Origin: Squalus acanthias
Taxonomy: Eukaryota
Direction: 5' to 3'
DNA: 64,000 bases
NCBI GenBank assembly: GCA_030390025.1
Contig: CM059425.1
Span: 52,018,001-52,082,000, forward strand
Positions 60,969 to 64,000 of the stretch are shown piece by piece (position 1 is the stretch's first letter; each line of letters begins with the position of its first letter). Under the pieces are notes generated by a model. That model did no database searches. It saw only the letters and a program-made list of their open reading frames with translations, and was not told the origin of the DNA. Made by a program: the position numbers and the translations under genes.

Positions 60969-63900
60969 TTAGGAGGTGTGGACGAGACGGTGCGGCGGTC
61001 TGATGGGCCGGCCGGAGCGGCTCTTGTAGGATGCCGGTGGACGTGGAACGGCCGGGCGTGGAGCAGTCGGGTGAACCGGCTTGAGGGCAGGTCGGCCGCG
61101 TGGAGGTGGACGAGCTACAGGGACCTGCTCACCGGGCTCTGAGTGTGCTGGCTTGAGTCGGTCAACCGACACTTTTTCGGTCCTGTCGCCCACTTGCAGG
61201 GTGAAAAATTTGTCCCCAGCCTGTAGCACCTTGTAGGGCCCGTCGTACGGGGGTTGAAGGGGTCCGCGGTGGGCGTCGTGCCGGACGAAAACAAACCGTG
61301 CCTGGTGCAGGCTTAGTGGGACGTGTGAGGTGGATTCGCCGTGTCGAGCAATGGGCACCGGGGCGAACTGCAGCGGCAGTGAGGCGAAGTCGTGGCGTTG
61401 CTGGTCGGCTGACCAGGGTGTCGTGGCGGTGGGCAGGAACTCGCCGGCTATGCGCAGCGACTGACCGTACACGAGCTCTGCTGCCGATGCGTGGCAGTCT
61501 TCTTTAACCGCGGTGCGCAGGCCGAGGAGGACCCACGGAAGTCGGTCGGTCCAGGCGCCGTCTTGGAGGCTGGCTCGAAGCGATGCCTTCAAGGATCTGT
61601 GGAACCGCTCACACAGTCCGTTGGCTTGGGGGTGGTATGCTGTGGTGCGGTGAATGGTCACCCCGAGATTGCGGGCAACGGCGGTCCAGAGTTCAGAGGT
61701 AAATTGCGGACCTCTGTCCGACGTCATGTCGGAGGGGACGCCGAACCGTGCGACCCAGGTGCTGATGAAGGCTCTGGCGATGTCGGCGGTGGTGGTAGAG
61801 GTCAGTGGAATTGCCTCAGGCCAGCGTGTGGTGCGGTCAATGATGGTCAGCAAGTGCGTGTGGCCTTGCGACGGCGGCAGGGGCCCGACGATGTCCACGT
61901 GCATGTGGTCGAATCTCCGCGAGGGGACGGTAAACTCCTCGAGGGGTGCTTTCGTGTGTTGCTGAACCTTGGCCCGTTGGCAGGCTAGGCAGGAGTTGGC
62001 CCAAGTACGCACATCCTTGCGAAGGCCGCGCCAGACGAAGTGGTTGGCTACCAATTTGATGGATGCGCCGGGGTGGGAGAGGTTGTGGAGAATGTCGAAT
62101 ACCCGGCGGCGCCAGGACGCTGGGACGACGGGCCGAGGTTGACATAGGGATATGTCGCACTTGACTGTGACTGCGGTCGGGCCACAGGCGACGTCGGCCA
62201 GGCGTAGCCCTGGTAGGTTGGTGGGTGCGGAGAGCAGATCAGGGTCGGTGATCTGGTCTGCTGCGAGTTGAGCGTAGTCGACTGCTAGGTGTGCGGCGTG
62301 GATGGCGGGGCGGGAGAGGCAGTCGGCTGCCACATTGTCTCGGCCGGAGAAGTGTTGGATGTCCGTGGTGAACTCGGACACTGCCACGAGCTGGCGCTGC
62401 TGCCTGGCGGACCAGGGGTCGGTTGTCTTTGCCATTGCGAATGTCAGAGGCTTGTGGTCGACAAACGCCGTGATAGGGTGGCCCTCAAGCAAAAACCGGA
62501 AATGGCGGACCGCCAGGAACAGCGCGAGGAGCTCGCGGTCGAAGGTGCTGTACTTGACCTCCGGGGGACGTAGTTGGCGGCTGAAGAAGGCAAGGGTTGC
62601 CAGGCGCCGTCGACCCACTGCTCATACACGGCGCCGACCGCGTGGTCGGAGGCGTCCGTGGTGAGCGCTACCCTGGCATTGGGCCGTGGGTGCACGAGCA
62701 GGGTGGCGTTGGCGAGCGCGGTCTTGGTGGAGTCGAAGGCAGCGGATTCGTCTGCCGTCCATTCGACTGCCATCTTGCCGCTCCTGCCCCGGAGGGTTTC
62801 ATACAGGGGCCTCGTGAGGGACGCCGCTTTGGGGATGAAGCGGTTATAGAAGTTCACCATCCCAAGGAACTCCTGGAGGCCTTTGATGGTGCTGGGGCGG
62901 GGAATTTGTTGGACGGCATGCACCTTGGTGGGCAGGGGAATGGCCCCAGCATGGGTGATGTGGTGGCCGAGGAAGTCGATCTTGTCCAGGCCGAACTGGC
63001 ATTTGGCTGGGCTGAGGATGAGCCCGTGGTCGCTGAGGCGCCCGAACAGGATGCGGAGGTGTTCGAGGTGTTCCTGCTTGGAGGAACTGGCTACCAGGAT
63101 GTCGTCCAGGTAGACGAACAGGAACTTCAGGTCCCGAAGGACCGAGTCCATGAGCCGTTGGAATGCCTGGGCCGCGTTTTTGAGGCCGAAGGGCATCCGC
63201 AGGAACTCGAACAGGCCGAAGGGGGTGATTACGGCCGTCTTGGGGACGTCCGCGGGGTGGACGGGGACTTGGTGGTAGCCGCGCACCAGGTCGACCTTGG
63301 AAAAGACTGAGCGGCCGGCCAGTCTAGCCGAGAAGTCCTGAATGTGTGGCACGGGGTACCGATCAGGGGTGGTGGCGTCATTGAGGAGGCGGTAATCCCC
63401 GCAGGGGCGCCAACCTCCGCCTGGTTTGGGGGCGATGTGGAGTGGGGAGGCCCAGGGACTGTTGGAGCGGCGGATGATGCCGAGCTGTTCCATGGTGGCA
63501 AACTCGGTCCGCGCGATCTCCAGTTTGGCCGGGTCCAGCCTGCGGGCGTGGGCGTACACTGGGGGGCCTGTGGTGGGGATGAAGTGTTCCACCCCGTGTT
63601 TGGCGGCCTCCGCGGAGAAGGTCGGATTGGTAAGGGCTGGGAATTCGGCCAGGAGTGCCGAGTAGTCATCCGTGGCCCGGGCGTGGCACTGTGACGCCAT
63701 GTCGGTGGGTTGACGGGGGGCCATGGCGCCCAGGATGGGGGACATGGTGTTCATGTCCACGAGGCGGTGACGGGGGATGTCTACCAGTAGGCCGTGGGCG
63801 CACAGGAAATCTGCGCCGATGAGAGGGGAGAGCACCTTGGCAGTGATGAACTCCCATCGGTAGCGGCGACCAGCGAGGTCGAGGGTGACTGTCCGGGTGC

Positions 63901-64000
63901 CATACGTCCGGATTTCCGAGCCGTTAGCAGCAGCCAGCGCCGGTCCTCGTTCGCCCTTTTGGATGTCGAGGGAGGAGGCCGGGATGATGCTGTGCTGAGC
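60969..64000 (-). mobile_element. Ty3/Gypsy LTR retrotransposon pol (protease-RT-RNase H-integrase), one frameshift at ~62595; continues beyond the window
   Basis: Protease C-half (AANGSEI..LIGADFL); RT (WASPLH, GDYR, RMPFGLKNA, YLDD); RNase H (TDAS, DRELLA, VDHKPL, ADCLSR); integrase HHCC, D-D-E (HVDIVG, SDRG, CERFH) and GPY motif. Confidence 0.96.

Noticed and set aside
61298-63694. Many plus-strand ORFs
   Set aside because: Antisense shadows of the GC-rich Gypsy pol.

Overview
Vertebrate genomic DNA. The SINE/LINE families suggest a cartilaginous fish (shark); this is inferred from remembered repeat motifs, not from a search. The left end is a CpG-island bidirectional promoter shared by EXOC5 (first coding exon, minus strand, 1057-1083) and a complete 8-exon AP5M1 gene (plus strand, CDS 1526-20846, 501 aa, all introns GT-AG with consistent phases). 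The remaining ~43 kb has no host gene I can recognise. It is dominated by mobile elements: many CR1 LINE copies (some nested), L2-like fragments, Deu-domain SINEs and V-SINEs, Penelope-like remnants with degenerate hammerhead-ribozyme cores and one perfect 62-bp hairpin, PIF/Harbinger-type DNA transposon derivatives (TIR elements, a Myb/SANT remnant, a decayed transposase), a 26-bp G-rich minisatellite, and a young GC-rich Gypsy LTR retrotransposon running off the right edge. I found no clearly new biological system. The best leads are structural oddities: a ~165-bp duplication flanking a SINE in AP5M1 intron 1, the Penelope hairpin and ribozyme remnants, an 81-bp inverted-repeat pair, a CR1 in frame with AP5M1 exon 6, and a locally templated 35-bp insertion.
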